64,000 nt of DNA from a virus, in the IMG/VR virus record IMGVR_UViG_3300032272_000003, positions 1 through 64,000 of that record; one strand, given 5' to 3'. Positions 41,924-51,628 of this stretch are shown here, one piece after another (the first letter of the stretch is position 1; each line of letters starts with the position of its first letter). Under the pieces are notes generated by a model. That model was not told the DNA's origin. It made no database searches and saw only the letters and a list, made by a program, of their open reading frames with translations. Position numbers and translations under genes: made by a program.

Positions 41924-41987
41924 ATTGATCTCCTATTGGTCATTGAAAGTTGTGAAAGATGTTTTTAGGTTGAGAACTCTTATAAAC

Positions 41988-42677
41988 TCAAACGGCTTGT
42001 GGTCTTAACATGAAGGTGATCTCGTCAACTTCAATATAAAGAATACCGTGCTTACCTATCCCTAGCATTACCTCATCATTAGACTTGGTTGCCTGCCGAA
42101 GCAGCTTTACCAAATGTTCTTTCTTCCAGTGGTTGGACCACGAACCTGATGTATTTGTTCCAATGATATCTGTAAAATTATCAGACACACCATCGAACAG
42201 CTTGATCAGGATATCGTCACCATCACCTTCTAATGAAACGTACTCTGGATTGAGAGCTAAGATAGCTTTTAGTATCTCATCTACTCGCTCTTTATTTATC
42301 ACGATGGTATTCACGATCTCATCGTTAACCATACCACTTGGTGCTTCAATCGTGTCAGGTTTGGCACAGGTGAATGATACACGTTTGCGGCCTTCTTTGA
42401 TTGTGATTGCCTTGGTGGCCCCCCCTTCAAAAGCCGTGGTTGTTACCTTTGCCTTCTCACAATCGAATAGCTTCATACGGTCGAACAGCGTTGATATGCG
42501 GTGCACACCAATGGTTTCGTCTATGAATGATCCTTCCATCTCTGAAAATACTATCACCGATTTAGATTCATCGGCACAACGTATCAAAACTGAATTCTCT
42601 TTCTTCTCAAGAATGACCTGTTTGATACCTGCGTTGTTGATAGCACTCAAGATTTTAAATACAACCTCTAAATGCAT
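41988..42677 (-). CDS. sliding clamp (gp45-like)
   Basis: 229-aa alpha/beta repeat pattern between polymerase and SSB. Confidence 0.65.
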   Translation of the reverse strand: MHLEVVFKILSAINNAGIKQVILEKKENSVLIRCADESKSVIVFSEMEGSFIDETIGVHRISTLFDRMKLFDCEKAKVTTTAFEGGATKAITIKEGRKRVSFTCAKPDTIEAPSGMVNDEIVNTIVINKERVDEILKAILALNPEYVSLEGDGDDILIKLFDGVSDNFTDIIGTNTSGSWSNHWKKEHLVKLLRQATKSNDEVMLGIGKHGILYIEVDEITFMLRPQAV

Positions 42678-42696
42678 TTTGCTCTCCTTTTTGCCT

Positions 42697-42704
42697 TATA
42701 AATA
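42697..42704 (+). promoter_or_regulatory. T4-type late promoter
   Basis: TATAAATA upstream of AGGAG RBS. Confidence 0.7.
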
Positions 42705-42730
42705 CTCTACACATACTAGGAGTCCTAACC

Positions 42731-42946
42731 ATGAACAAAGTTCAACATCTTTCTGAATCAAACATCGATTTCATTAAACTGAAAACGAAGTGGGACACTA
42801 TGGATGCCGGAGAACTCGATCACGAGTTGGACGACCTGTTTCTCAAGGTAGAATACTACCAAGAGTACTCACCAAACATTGCTACACAATTAAGATTGGT
42901 ACTAACAGCACTTGATGAGTATATCTGCCTACGTAACGACACTTAA
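42731..42946 (+). CDS. small late protein (counter-oriented)
   Basis: Late promoter and AGGAG RBS. Confidence 0.7.
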   Translation: MNKVQHLSESNIDFIKLKTKWDTMDAGELDHELDDLFLKVEYYQEYSPNIATQLRLVLTALDEYICLRNDT

Positions 42947-43833
42947 AAATCAAACAAGGATGCCGTTAATGCCTCGTTTCTGGATTTCTTATCCAGGCCA
43001 ATCGGTTTCAGGTACGCCTCTACCTTCCTATGCACCGATTCCCACTGCTTGTGGTAGTCTATATCAACACCCTCTAAGAACTCGGGTATCTTTGTAATAT
43101 CTGATGGTATTGCAATATAGTCCATGTCTTTATGCTTTATGTAAATGATCTTGATCTTTGCACCAGATGTTATCGGGGCATCCTGATCACCGCTATAGGC
43201 GTTAAAGACCATCGACGCTCTTGCATGTTGTGGGAACCCTTTGAAGTCCCCTTGTTCTTCCAGCTTATCTTCGTACTTGGTCAGGTTTCGAATTGTCTTC
43301 GGATTGCCGATGGTGAACATGTCCATCGTAAAGTACTTGATCTTGAAGTCGTCAACAAACGCTGTGATATCGTCGAACTCAGCATGGTTGAGTATCATAT
43401 CGATCAACTCTTTCAAAAAGTCTTGGATCACGATAGGTGTGTCTGTCTTCTTGATTTCGACACCCATGATCTTCATCTTATCGACGGTGATACCTTCATC
43501 GTTGATCACATGCATGATGTATTTCTTCTTGTTCAGGAATATCGACTTGTCAGATACAACCTCACGCTCTGTTGTTATGATCGAGTTCCAAGCTTCTGGC
43601 ACATTGAACACATCCTTCATGAATGCTGGGAATGCTTTGTTAACTTCATCACCGATGAAGTCGGCCAGCTCGATAACATCTTTCTCATCAGCATCCTTAT
43701 CGAATACGCTACCGAGATCGATATACACTGAGTCAGTATCACCATAGATAGTAGAGTCGGATGAATACACCCCATACTTGTACCCACCTTTACCGTCAGG
43801 GAACAATCCCTCTATCTCATTTGGATGCTTCAT
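42943..43833 (-). CDS. family B DNA polymerase, C-terminal part
   Basis: YGDTDS motif C, KKKY, KIMGVE.KKTDTP. Confidence 0.92.
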   Translation of the reverse strand: MKHPNEIEGLFPDGKGGYKYGVYSSDSTIYGDTDSVYIDLGSVFDKDADEKDVIELADFIGDEVNKAFPAFMKDVFNVPEAWNSIITTEREVVSDKSIFLNKKKYIMHVINDEGITVDKMKIMGVEIKKTDTPIVIQDFLKELIDMILNHAEFDDITAFVDDFKIKYFTMDMFTIGNPKTIRNLTKYEDKLEEQGDFKGFPQHARASMVFNAYSGDQDAPITSGAKIKIIYIKHKDMDYIAIPSDITKIPEFLEGVDIDYHKQWESVHRKVEAYLKPIGLDKKSRNEALTASLFDF

Positions 43834-45520
43834 TTACTTCCCTCATCAATTGGTCAGACTTCCAGGCTTGGAACTTGTTAATGTATTGACCGGTCAGGGT
43901 CACACTGATAGCAATGTCCAAGTCGAAGAACCGACTATACTTGTTTGATATCGCACCGTACAAAGAGTTCAATTGAACTTTGTAGATGTACTGGAGCATG
44001 TCGTAATACAATCCCTTTTCCTTATCACCATTCTTGAAGAACTCCTTCGACATGTTTTTGGTACGCTTACGTTCAGCGAACCACACACCAAGTACCTCGG
44101 GGATCAATCCAACCTCACCGTTAAAGATGCTGCCATTGGCAGACATTGTGTAGCCTTCTTCTTTGATCAGCTCACGTAGATCAGCAGGTGTTGTCTGTAA
44201 TACATCACCAGATTGTTTCATATGAATGATGATGCCATCTTCGTCGTTATTACCCTCGATAATCCTTAGGAAGTCGGCTTCGCGTCCGTCACACTGCATA
44301 ATAAATGTCTCAGGACTCATACCGAGCGAACGAAGGATAGCAGGATATAGTGAGGCCAAATCGATTGACGACGCCCACCCGTATCGAGCCGTTACAGGAT
44401 CAGCAACCCAGGCACCGATGAACTTACCTTCTTTATCACCATCACCACGATCAGGTAGGACGATTGGTTGTGCGCGTTCAAAGTGTGCGTAGTTCCTGAT
44501 AGCATGTTCGAGGAACTTGATGGTGCCCATGACTTCGTTGATCTTGATCGTTGCCTTACGTGACATCTGAACAGCCAACTGAATCAGTTTCTTCTTCTCT
44601 TCAAGATCACGTAGTAACCGAGAATCGTGTAAGTTATATTCGAGGAACTTCTTGATGTCAGTTCGGTACAGCTCACCCAGGTCACCATCATAATTGATCT
44701 TACCGTAGCCTAATTCTGCCTGGGCAATGTTCTCCAACTTCATAGATGGTTGTTGAATGAATGTGAACTTCTCGTACAGCTCCATGTAATCGAGATGTAC
44801 CCTTCCGACCAGGACATACTTGGTGCGTTCATTATAAAACTTGTCTTTGCCTGTTTGCTCTTTAAGCTTAAACCCAGCACGACAGAACTTTCTATCAGCA
44901 GCAGCTTCGCCATACAACATCCGGCTTCTCAGAACGATGTAGGGTATATCATAACCTTCACTGTTCCACCCGGATAGAATGTCGATGTCTTCTATCAGTA
45001 TGAAGAAGATGTCGAGCAACTGTCTCTCGGTTTGGCACTGGTGCATGTGGACGACATCTTCCCCGGTATCGATTCTCACCGGCACGTTATGCACATACAA
45101 TAGGTGAAACTCGTCTCGGGTCTTATCGTATAGTGATAGGGCATTGATGATACCGAATGGATTGTCTGGTGTTGGATAACCGGTACCACGTTTTAAATCA
45201 TAATCGGTTTCGATATCGAGAAATCCTACGTTGGGTGTATGGTCTGGTGCATTGAAGTATGTGTCGGATAGATGCTTGTGGAGTGCGGTGATATCGCTTT
45301 CGAATATATGGATATGAGAATCCACGAACCTGTTGTACTCACCTCTAGTTTGGAAGTCATGTCGCTTAACCTTATCACCAAACATTGACATCTCTGTACC
45401 ATTATCATCCTTAACGTAGGCATAATATGGTGCGGGGTCGGTTAACATATGAAGAGCACCTACATCGTCTCTCACCCATGTTATGATGTCATCCCCTGCG
45501 TGAACTGCATCTATAAACAT
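43817..45520 (-). CDS. family B DNA polymerase, N-terminal part (exonuclease, motifs A and B)
   Basis: DIET, GWNSEGYD, YNLHD, DLASLYP, KVQLNSLYG. Confidence 0.93.
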   Translation of the reverse strand: MFIDAVHAGDDIITWVRDDVGALHMLTDPAPYYAYVKDDNGTEMSMFGDKVKRHDFQTRGEYNRFVDSHIHIFESDITALHKHLSDTYFNAPDHTPNVGFLDIETDYDLKRGTGYPTPDNPFGIINALSLYDKTRDEFHLLYVHNVPVRIDTGEDVVHMHQCQTERQLLDIFFILIEDIDILSGWNSEGYDIPYIVLRSRMLYGEAAADRKFCRAGFKLKEQTGKDKFYNERTKYVLVGRVHLDYMELYEKFTFIQQPSMKLENIAQAELGYGKINYDGDLGELYRTDIKKFLEYNLHDSRLLRDLEEKKKLIQLAVQMSRKATIKINEVMGTIKFLEHAIRNYAHFERAQPIVLPDRGDGDKEGKFIGAWVADPVTARYGWASSIDLASLYPAILRSLGMSPETFIMQCDGREADFLRIIEGNNDEDGIIIHMKQSGDVLQTTPADLRELIKEEGYTMSANGSIFNGEVGLIPEVLGVWFAERKRTKNMSKEFFKNGDKEKGLYYDMLQYIYKVQLNSLYGAISNKYSRFFDLDIAISVTLTGQYINKFQAWKSDQLMREVNEASK

Positions 45521-46557
45521 TTAATTCTCCTTAATACGATTTCCAATAATCACCACAGGATTGATATCCTGCTGGTGGCTTTTCACCGTACTTCTCTTCT
45601 CTTAGCTGTTCCCTGACATTATACCAATCTAAACCGGTATCTTTCATCCGCTGTCTTATTTGTTCCTCTGTTGGTTCAGTCATCCTATATCCTCAATGTG
45701 TTGATGAAGTCATCTATATCAAGAGACTCATCTGCCTGGTTGATTGTGTAAATCCTCATCAGGTCTTTCAAATCTTGTTTGGATTGTGCGTGGTATGTAT
45801 AGATGTTACCCACAGTATCGATTATGAGCATATGTATCTCCGACGCTCCAAACCTTCCATTATATCCGACAAACGCTTCGCCTCTTCGTTCAATAGAAAA
45901 TTCATCATAGACGAAAATAGTTTTACGTGAGAGGTCGAAAATCTTTGCGGTAGTGTCTGGTAGGATGTCGAATACAATCCTTATATAACAATCTTCTGGT
46001 GCCTTTAGCAGAACCAGGCTCATAACGTATATGCTCGCATGAAAAGACTAACTGACATCTTGTTGACTTCAACTGACTCATTATATACTTTAAAGAACTC
46101 TTTATGTGTAGGGGAGGTAGGGTTATTAAACATATGGAACCAATCACTCCGCCATAGATTATTTACACCGTCCATTACGATATATTCAGACATACCAGAA
46201 GTAAGTGAATGTAACAGTAATCCACTATAGTTGTTTCGTTGTAAATATAGTATGGTGGTGATGTTATTATCTGGATCGATGACACCATCAATAACCTTTC
46301 TGACTTGTAACTTAGATATTATATTACTATCAATTCGGACTATATAAAAGTTCATAACAGGTGTGCACTCATAAACTCTGACAATTTCATGTCGAACTCT
46401 CCCAACTCATACATACGATATAGATTTTCAAACTCATCAACACCAAATCATGATTCTTATTGTACTGGTGCCCACCCATTACCGCCCCAGATAACACTAA
46501 ACAGATGATTTGTTTTCTGTGCTGAACCTAGGACGGCTGTGATATGGTGGAACTTCA

Positions 46558-46842
46558 TTAGCCGGGGTCTTCATCCGGGTTGTGACTGTACACACCCACT
46601 TCCTCGGCCAGGTCCAGAAGTTCTTCGGTCTCGGCATTGACTTCATCGCCATTTGCCTTGTAGGCCAGGGTGACCAGACGGCGGAAGAGCTTAGGTGGTA
46701 CCTGAACCTCATCCTTCATACGGTCGGCAATAGCCTTTTGTAGGTCAGTCTCAGACTGCACACGATATTTGCTGTTGACGCCTTCTTCAACGGCTTTCTT
46801 CAGAACTTCGCGCTGTTCTGCATTCAATTGAATTTCACTCAC
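46558..46842 (-). CDS. dsDNA-binding protein (T4 DsbA-like)
   Basis: Helical pattern K.E..VPPKLFRRLV...YK. Confidence 0.6.
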   Translation of the reverse strand: MSEIQLNAEQREVLKKAVEEGVNSKYRVQSETDLQKAIADRMKDEVQVPPKLFRRLVTLAYKANGDEVNAETEELLDLAEEVGVYSHNPDEDPG

Positions 46843-47024
46843 TTGCTTCTCCTTTTGTGATTGATGATAAAACTACCCAAACGCCATTCAACAGAACTTC
46901 TTCCACAAGGGTCTGTGGATCAGTTCTGTATGGCAGTTCGAGTTCTTGACCGTTAAGAACGATGGTCTTCGTATGGTTTGTGATTTCGGTTAACATTGGT
47001 CCTCCAGAATAGAGGACCAATATG

Positions 47025-47276
47025 CTACTTAAGCCCTCTACGGCTTCTGATTTTCAAGCTCCGTTTCAGATTTCTCTTACGGGCTGCTTTACCCTTACGG
47101 CTACCTTTACGTGCACCACGGCGTCTTGCGATTCGTTCAGAGGATTTCTGACGTACACATCGGTTACCGACCAATCTAAAGCCTGGTGGGCACTTCTTAC
47201 GTATGACAGTCTTCCCTTTACGGATTACCTTCTTCCGCTTGGGTGCTGCTTCCATTAATAAATCGTCTATTTTCAT
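47025..47276 (-). CDS. very basic late protein, putative prohead core/internal protein
   Basis: MKIDDLLME-A leader, Arg/Lys-rich, CPPG..L.G..C; TAAATA near 47293. Confidence 0.6.
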   Translation of the reverse strand: MKIDDLLMEAAPKRKKVIRKGKTVIRKKCPPGFRLVGNRCVRQKSSERIARRRGARKGSRKGKAARKRNLKRSLKIRSRRGLK

Positions 47277-48314
47277 ATATTCACCTTACATGTATTTATG
47301 CAGGGTGAACATTATAGTGATTTATCGAACTAGCGAATCAAGCTCCCGAATCAATGGGGTGACAGGGGTGCTGGACCGGAATCCATAATCCTGAATTCGC
47401 TTCTGAATGAAGCATACCTCGATTTCAACCGCTTTACGTTCACGGCCTCGCAGGTTTTTGCCAATACGGCGGCGAAGTGCTTTGGAAGCACGTTCAAATT
47501 TCCGCTTCAGGTTCTCTTCACGAGTCTGTTTGTAAGCGGGTTTGGTGTTACGTCGCTGAGGTACACTCGACATATTACTCTCCTTCTTATGATACTACTT
47601 AAGAATGATCAGGTTACCCCTGACCGCCATTGTCCTTCCTAGACTTTCTTCTCCTACGCCTCACAGGCTTCTCAGACTGCTTAGCGGGTGTTCTGCTGTT
47701 CGGCTTGCCTCGGCCAAACATAATGTCCAATCGTAGCTCCAGACGCTCCTTGTTGACCTCAGCTTCCTTCTGGTAGCCTTCGGTGCCCTCGTATTTGTCT
47801 GGGGCGGTATACTTAATCGATAGTGTGCTTAAAGTAACTTCCTCGTAAGTGTGTTCATGTACTGCTTTGTTATGACCGTCATATACTATAGAGATCGTGT
47901 CATCAGTGAAGTCTACCAGGGTGCCGTAAATACGTTCCACGTACCGGATATTGATTATCACAGGTTGTTCTTTGTGATAATATCTGAGCTTCCTATTTAC
48001 CACACTGTGCTCCTAATGATGCAAATCCTATGATTAGTGATCCGAATATTAATGACACCCCCACCAATAAGTCCGTTGCCAGCCAGGCAACCCCAATGAT
48101 TGTAAATCCTATGCTCAGTATAACCAGTAGTTCTAACAGTTTTTGGGCAATCATATCGTCTCTCCTAAATGAGGTAGGGATCATTATATCCCTACCTTGG
48201 GTCTCATGTCAAATTTTTATTCGTCCTTACCATGCTTACCGTCGTGGTCGTCATCAGGCCCGTTACCCCAACTATTGTTACCATGCTTCTTGTCATCAGT
48301 TCCACCTCCTCAAT

Positions 48315-48962
48315 TCACAGTTTGATACCCTCTGGAACTAGACGTGGTGTAAAATCCTTTACCGTTACTTCGTATCCATATCGCCTGTAGATGTTCCTCA
48401 GTATATCTTCTAACTGATCAGACAGGATCATAGCACAGTTCCTGGCGTGTTGTCTACACCTAAATTTCATTAATCGTTTTTTCGTGTTACGGAAGTGTTC
48501 TATACCGGCATCATCTTCATACAATCTAGCGATGTCATCGAGTACTTCATTGAGATTGTAAATCCTGGCGATATTGACGGTCTTCTTGTTACCCTTACGA
48601 GAGTTACACTGATTACACATTGGTTGGAGGTTTTCAATCCTATTCGACCCACCAGCATCCTTTGGGACAATGTGGTCTACTGTTATGTGGAATTGTGTGC
48701 CATCTTCACGATGGCCTATGATTTGGAAGTAGAGCCTGTCAGGTCTCTCTATTGATCTACGGAATCTAACGTAGGTTGGTTTGGCGTTACAGTGGGCACA
48801 GATGACGCCCTTGTGCCGGAAGGTCTTTACCCTAATACTTTTTTTGACTCTCACGTCGTCGTTTATTATGATGGTGGCCCTTCTGTTTTTATCCTTGTAG
48901 TTTTCATTTATGCGCTCCATAACGTAGTCTACTGGTAAACAGATTTCGTCCTTTACGTTCAA
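48315..48962 (-). CDS. HNH endonuclease
   Basis: CAHC...TVDHIVP...GGSN...NLQPMCNQCNSRKG. Confidence 0.88.
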   Translation of the reverse strand: MNVKDEICLPVDYVMERINENYKDKNRRATIIINDDVRVKKSIRVKTFRHKGVICAHCNAKPTYVRFRRSIERPDRLYFQIIGHREDGTQFHITVDHIVPKDAGGSNRIENLQPMCNQCNSRKGNKKTVNIARIYNLNEVLDDIARLYEDDAGIEHFRNTKKRLMKFRCRQHARNCAMILSDQLEDILRNIYRRYGYEVTVKDFTPRLVPEGIKL

Positions 48963-48974
48963 ATGATTGATCTC

Positions 48975-49151
48975 CTATTCTAAGTTATTGTTTTTGTGCT
49001 TCTTCTTACGGTCGTACTTGGTATCGTCCTTGAAGAAACCAGATTTGTTAAATTTACTGGCAAATTTCGCAACTGGGTTACGAGCCTTTTCAGTGATTTT
49101 CTTAAGCTTCTTGTTCTTGTTCTTTTTCTTCTTCCGCTTCTTAGCCATCAT
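48975..49151 (-). CDS. small basic phage protein (58 aa, not in ORF track)
   Basis: Lys-rich with RNPVAK and KYDRK.KHK. Confidence 0.6.
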   Translation of the reverse strand: MMAKKRKKKKNKNKKLKKITEKARNPVAKFASKFNKSGFFKDDTKYDRKKKHKNNNLE

Positions 49152-49398
49152 GATTTACCTGTAAGTCATTATCCGCCACAAAACGCATGACGTGTTTGTA
49201 AAGTTCTGGACATGTTTTCTTGAGGTCAACGGATACATGCATACAGCATACCCCTGTAATATCACATACCGGTCTCAGCATTTCATTATACTTTAGTCTC
49301 TTGCTTTCGTCAAACGTAGACATTAGGCCGGTGAGCCTTTGAATCCAATCAGATGGGCGGAACCTCCGCCCACTGTTGGTCACACTATACACTATCAT
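49141..49398 (-). CDS. DUF3579-like protein
   Basis: GRRFRPSDW..RL and F..DN.L motifs. Confidence 0.75.
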   Translation of the reverse strand: MIVYSVTNSGRRFRPSDWIQRLTGLMSTFDESKRLKYNEMLRPVCDITGVCCMHVSVDLKKTCPELYKHVMRFVADNDLQVNHDG

Positions 49399-50069
49399 GT
49401 ATAGTCCTCAAGGCTACACTCGAACATGGTGAATATGGATTTTCTCATATCACTACATGTGGCATTGGGTGAAGCGATGTAGTCATTGACTATACCCTCC
49501 AACCACTCATTGTCGTCCTTACCACCTTTCACGCGAGTGTAGTCCCCAGACTTGTACCCCTGGTGTTGGCGGATTTCATTGAGTGTTGATTTGGCGATGT
49601 AGATTGCTGATATCTCTTCAGCAGTCATACCAACAGACCGGAAGAATGCATCATATGCCACTTCAGTGCTTGATCCAAGCATGGATAGGGCGGAGGCGAT
49701 AAACTCTTTATGGTTTAACTGTCCATCGTCGGATGATATCTTGACACGTACTATTTCATTGGGCATGTATCCCCAGTTCAAGTCACCACTACATTCATAA
49801 TGGTTCTGGTACCCATTAAGGATCAAGACCGACAGGGCGAAGTGTAGGATATCGATGGCTTCAACTTTGAGGTTCCACACATCATGATTATCACACTTCT
49901 TCCACCACTTCCAGCTCACAGAATCCATTAACTCTGAAAACTCGGCAAACATCGCCACACGGTAATGATCTACCGTGAGTGAATCCTTCCAATTAGACAC
50001 CGTGATCTCATTCAATCTATCTTGTATATCAAGCATATCTTGTAGAGTTAGAAGGCGCTTGTCTAACAT
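49395..50069 (-). CDS. dimeric all-alpha dUTPase/dCTPase
   Basis: E..E, WKWWK, EAIDILHF, K..LN..RQ..GYK. Confidence 0.88.
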   Translation of the reverse strand: MLDKRLLTLQDMLDIQDRLNEITVSNWKDSLTVDHYRVAMFAEFSELMDSVSWKWWKKCDNHDVWNLKVEAIDILHFALSVLILNGYQNHYECSGDLNWGYMPNEIVRVKISSDDGQLNHKEFIASALSMLGSSTEVAYDAFFRSVGMTAEEISAIYIAKSTLNEIRQHQGYKSGDYTRVKGGKDDNEWLEGIVNDYIASPNATCSDMRKSIFTMFECSLEDYT

Positions 50070-50072
50070 GTT

Positions 50073-51143
50073 TTAATCCTCTCTGTGGTAGTATTTACCA
50101 CCAACACATGCAAAGTCAGTGATAATTACTGGTTCGATATTCACAAGCTTCTCGTGTGTATCGATATGATTCAAAGCGAATCCCAACTGCCATATTTCAC
50201 CGTTACAATACTCAGCGTCACGATGATGACCCGCCGCCATTTGCAACCAGTTGTAGCTGCCATAGGTTTCGTTGTGTAATGCCCACATTACTTGCTTGTG
50301 GTGATGTCCACTCACGCCCGGCAACCCAAGGTTACGACCTTCTGGAAAATGGTGAGCTATGAAGCAGTCGTAATAGACGCGATAGTTCTTTCCAATTTCC
50401 TTCTTAATGTCCCCTTTATTATAGGCAGCTAAATCAGCCTTTGCAATATAATTAATCTCGAACTCATCCAGACCCAAAAGCTTGGATACAGTGAACCCAT
50501 GCAGATCAGCCAGGAGCGACTGTAAAGCCGGTGTAGCATCCGCAAGGTGACGAAGGAGGCGGTACTCATGGTTTCCTTCGATCATGTCTATCTGGGCCTC
50601 TGGACAAGCTTCACGTAGAGGTTTGAGGATATTATCGTGTACAAACTTGATGCGACCGGTAACATCCCAGGTACGAGGGTCAACGAAGTAGCGACCGAAC
50701 TCAGGAAGATCAAATACGTCACCGTCAAGCACGATAATGTCGGGCTGGACACGCTTGGCGGTATCGATGAACACTGACAACCAGAATGGGTCACACTCAA
50801 TATCATGTAGATCAGATGCGCTCAGGATCGTTTTGAATCGACGGTTATTTTCACGAACAAACTTCTCACCCCAATCTAAACGCTCATTTCCGAACTCACG
50901 GTAGTGATCAACACTTGCGTGTTTGGCTGCTTGGTTCGCAATTGCTGACTGCTGGCGTGTCGGTGACATGCCTGCTTGCTTCTTGAACTCGACCCAGGTA
51001 CCAAAATGCTCTGTCCATGCTTTCTCTGGCACATTACTGTTGCCACGGAAGAAGTTTCGTGTTATTCTCTTATCAGGATATTCCTCACTGAATCGATTCA
51101 ACTCTTCGATACATTCGTCCGCTGTAAAATTTACCTCACTCAT
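50073..51143 (-). CDS. calcineurin-like metallophosphoesterase with N-terminal helical domain
   Basis: SDLH, GDVFD, GNHE, SGHHH. Confidence 0.8.
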   Translation of the reverse strand: MSEVNFTADECIEELNRFSEEYPDKRITRNFFRGNSNVPEKAWTEHFGTWVEFKKQAGMSPTRQQSAIANQAAKHASVDHYREFGNERLDWGEKFVRENNRRFKTILSASDLHDIECDPFWLSVFIDTAKRVQPDIIVLDGDVFDLPEFGRYFVDPRTWDVTGRIKFVHDNILKPLREACPEAQIDMIEGNHEYRLLRHLADATPALQSLLADLHGFTVSKLLGLDEFEINYIAKADLAAYNKGDIKKEIGKNYRVYYDCFIAHHFPEGRNLGLPGVSGHHHKQVMWALHNETYGSYNWLQMAAGHHRDAEYCNGEIWQLGFALNHIDTHEKLVNIEPVIITDFACVGGKYYHRED

Positions 51144-51151
51144 ATTATCTC

Positions 51152-51628
51152 CTAAATGTCTAATTCTATTGTTGGAATGTCTGCTGCCTCAGCCATTGCC
51201 ATCTTGCTCACCGTGTCACCGTGCTCAGAATCCCCAATACGGATTATGACATCGACGTAATCGACGAAGAAATCATCATCCTCACCAGGTTCGTCACCAA
51301 CAACCAACTCATCGTCAGTTTCAAACCGTTCCTTATCACCTAATGACGCTGGTGTGATTCCTACAGTTTTATACCCACGGTCGTAAGCAATATCATAGGC
51401 GACCTGGGCGACACCTTCGTCAATCCCATTTGCCACTATCACAATTGATTTGGTACCGTCATCGAATTCTGATAAGACCTCATCGAGCATTTCTTCAATC
51501 TCAATGTCTGCCTCCACTTCATCAAAATCCGCATCATTAGAATAGCCGATAATGCCTATTCTTAATTCTTCCTGTGGCTCTCCAAATAGAGCACCGTTTT
51601 CAAAAATGTCGCTCACTTCAACCTCCAA
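51152..51628 (-). CDS. highly acidic SLOG-like protein
   Basis: IGIIGYS, G...GV...AY..A..RG..TVG, IIRIG. Confidence 0.55.
   Translation of the reverse strand: MEVEVSDIFENGALFGEPQEELRIGIIGYSNDADFDEVEADIEIEEMLDEVLSEFDDGTKSIVIVANGIDEGVAQVAYDIAYDRGYKTVGITPASLGDKERFETDDELVVGDEPGEDDDFFVDYVDVIIRIGDSEHGDTVSKMAMAEAADIPTIELDI

Noticed and set aside
43817-43833. Intron or hop element in the DNA polymerase
   Set aside because: The two ORFs overlap, leaving no intervening sequence.
39653-44977. Long plus-strand ORFs (39653, 42085, 43132, 43241 and others)
   Set aside because: Antisense shadows of well-supported minus-strand genes, with no RBS or motifs.
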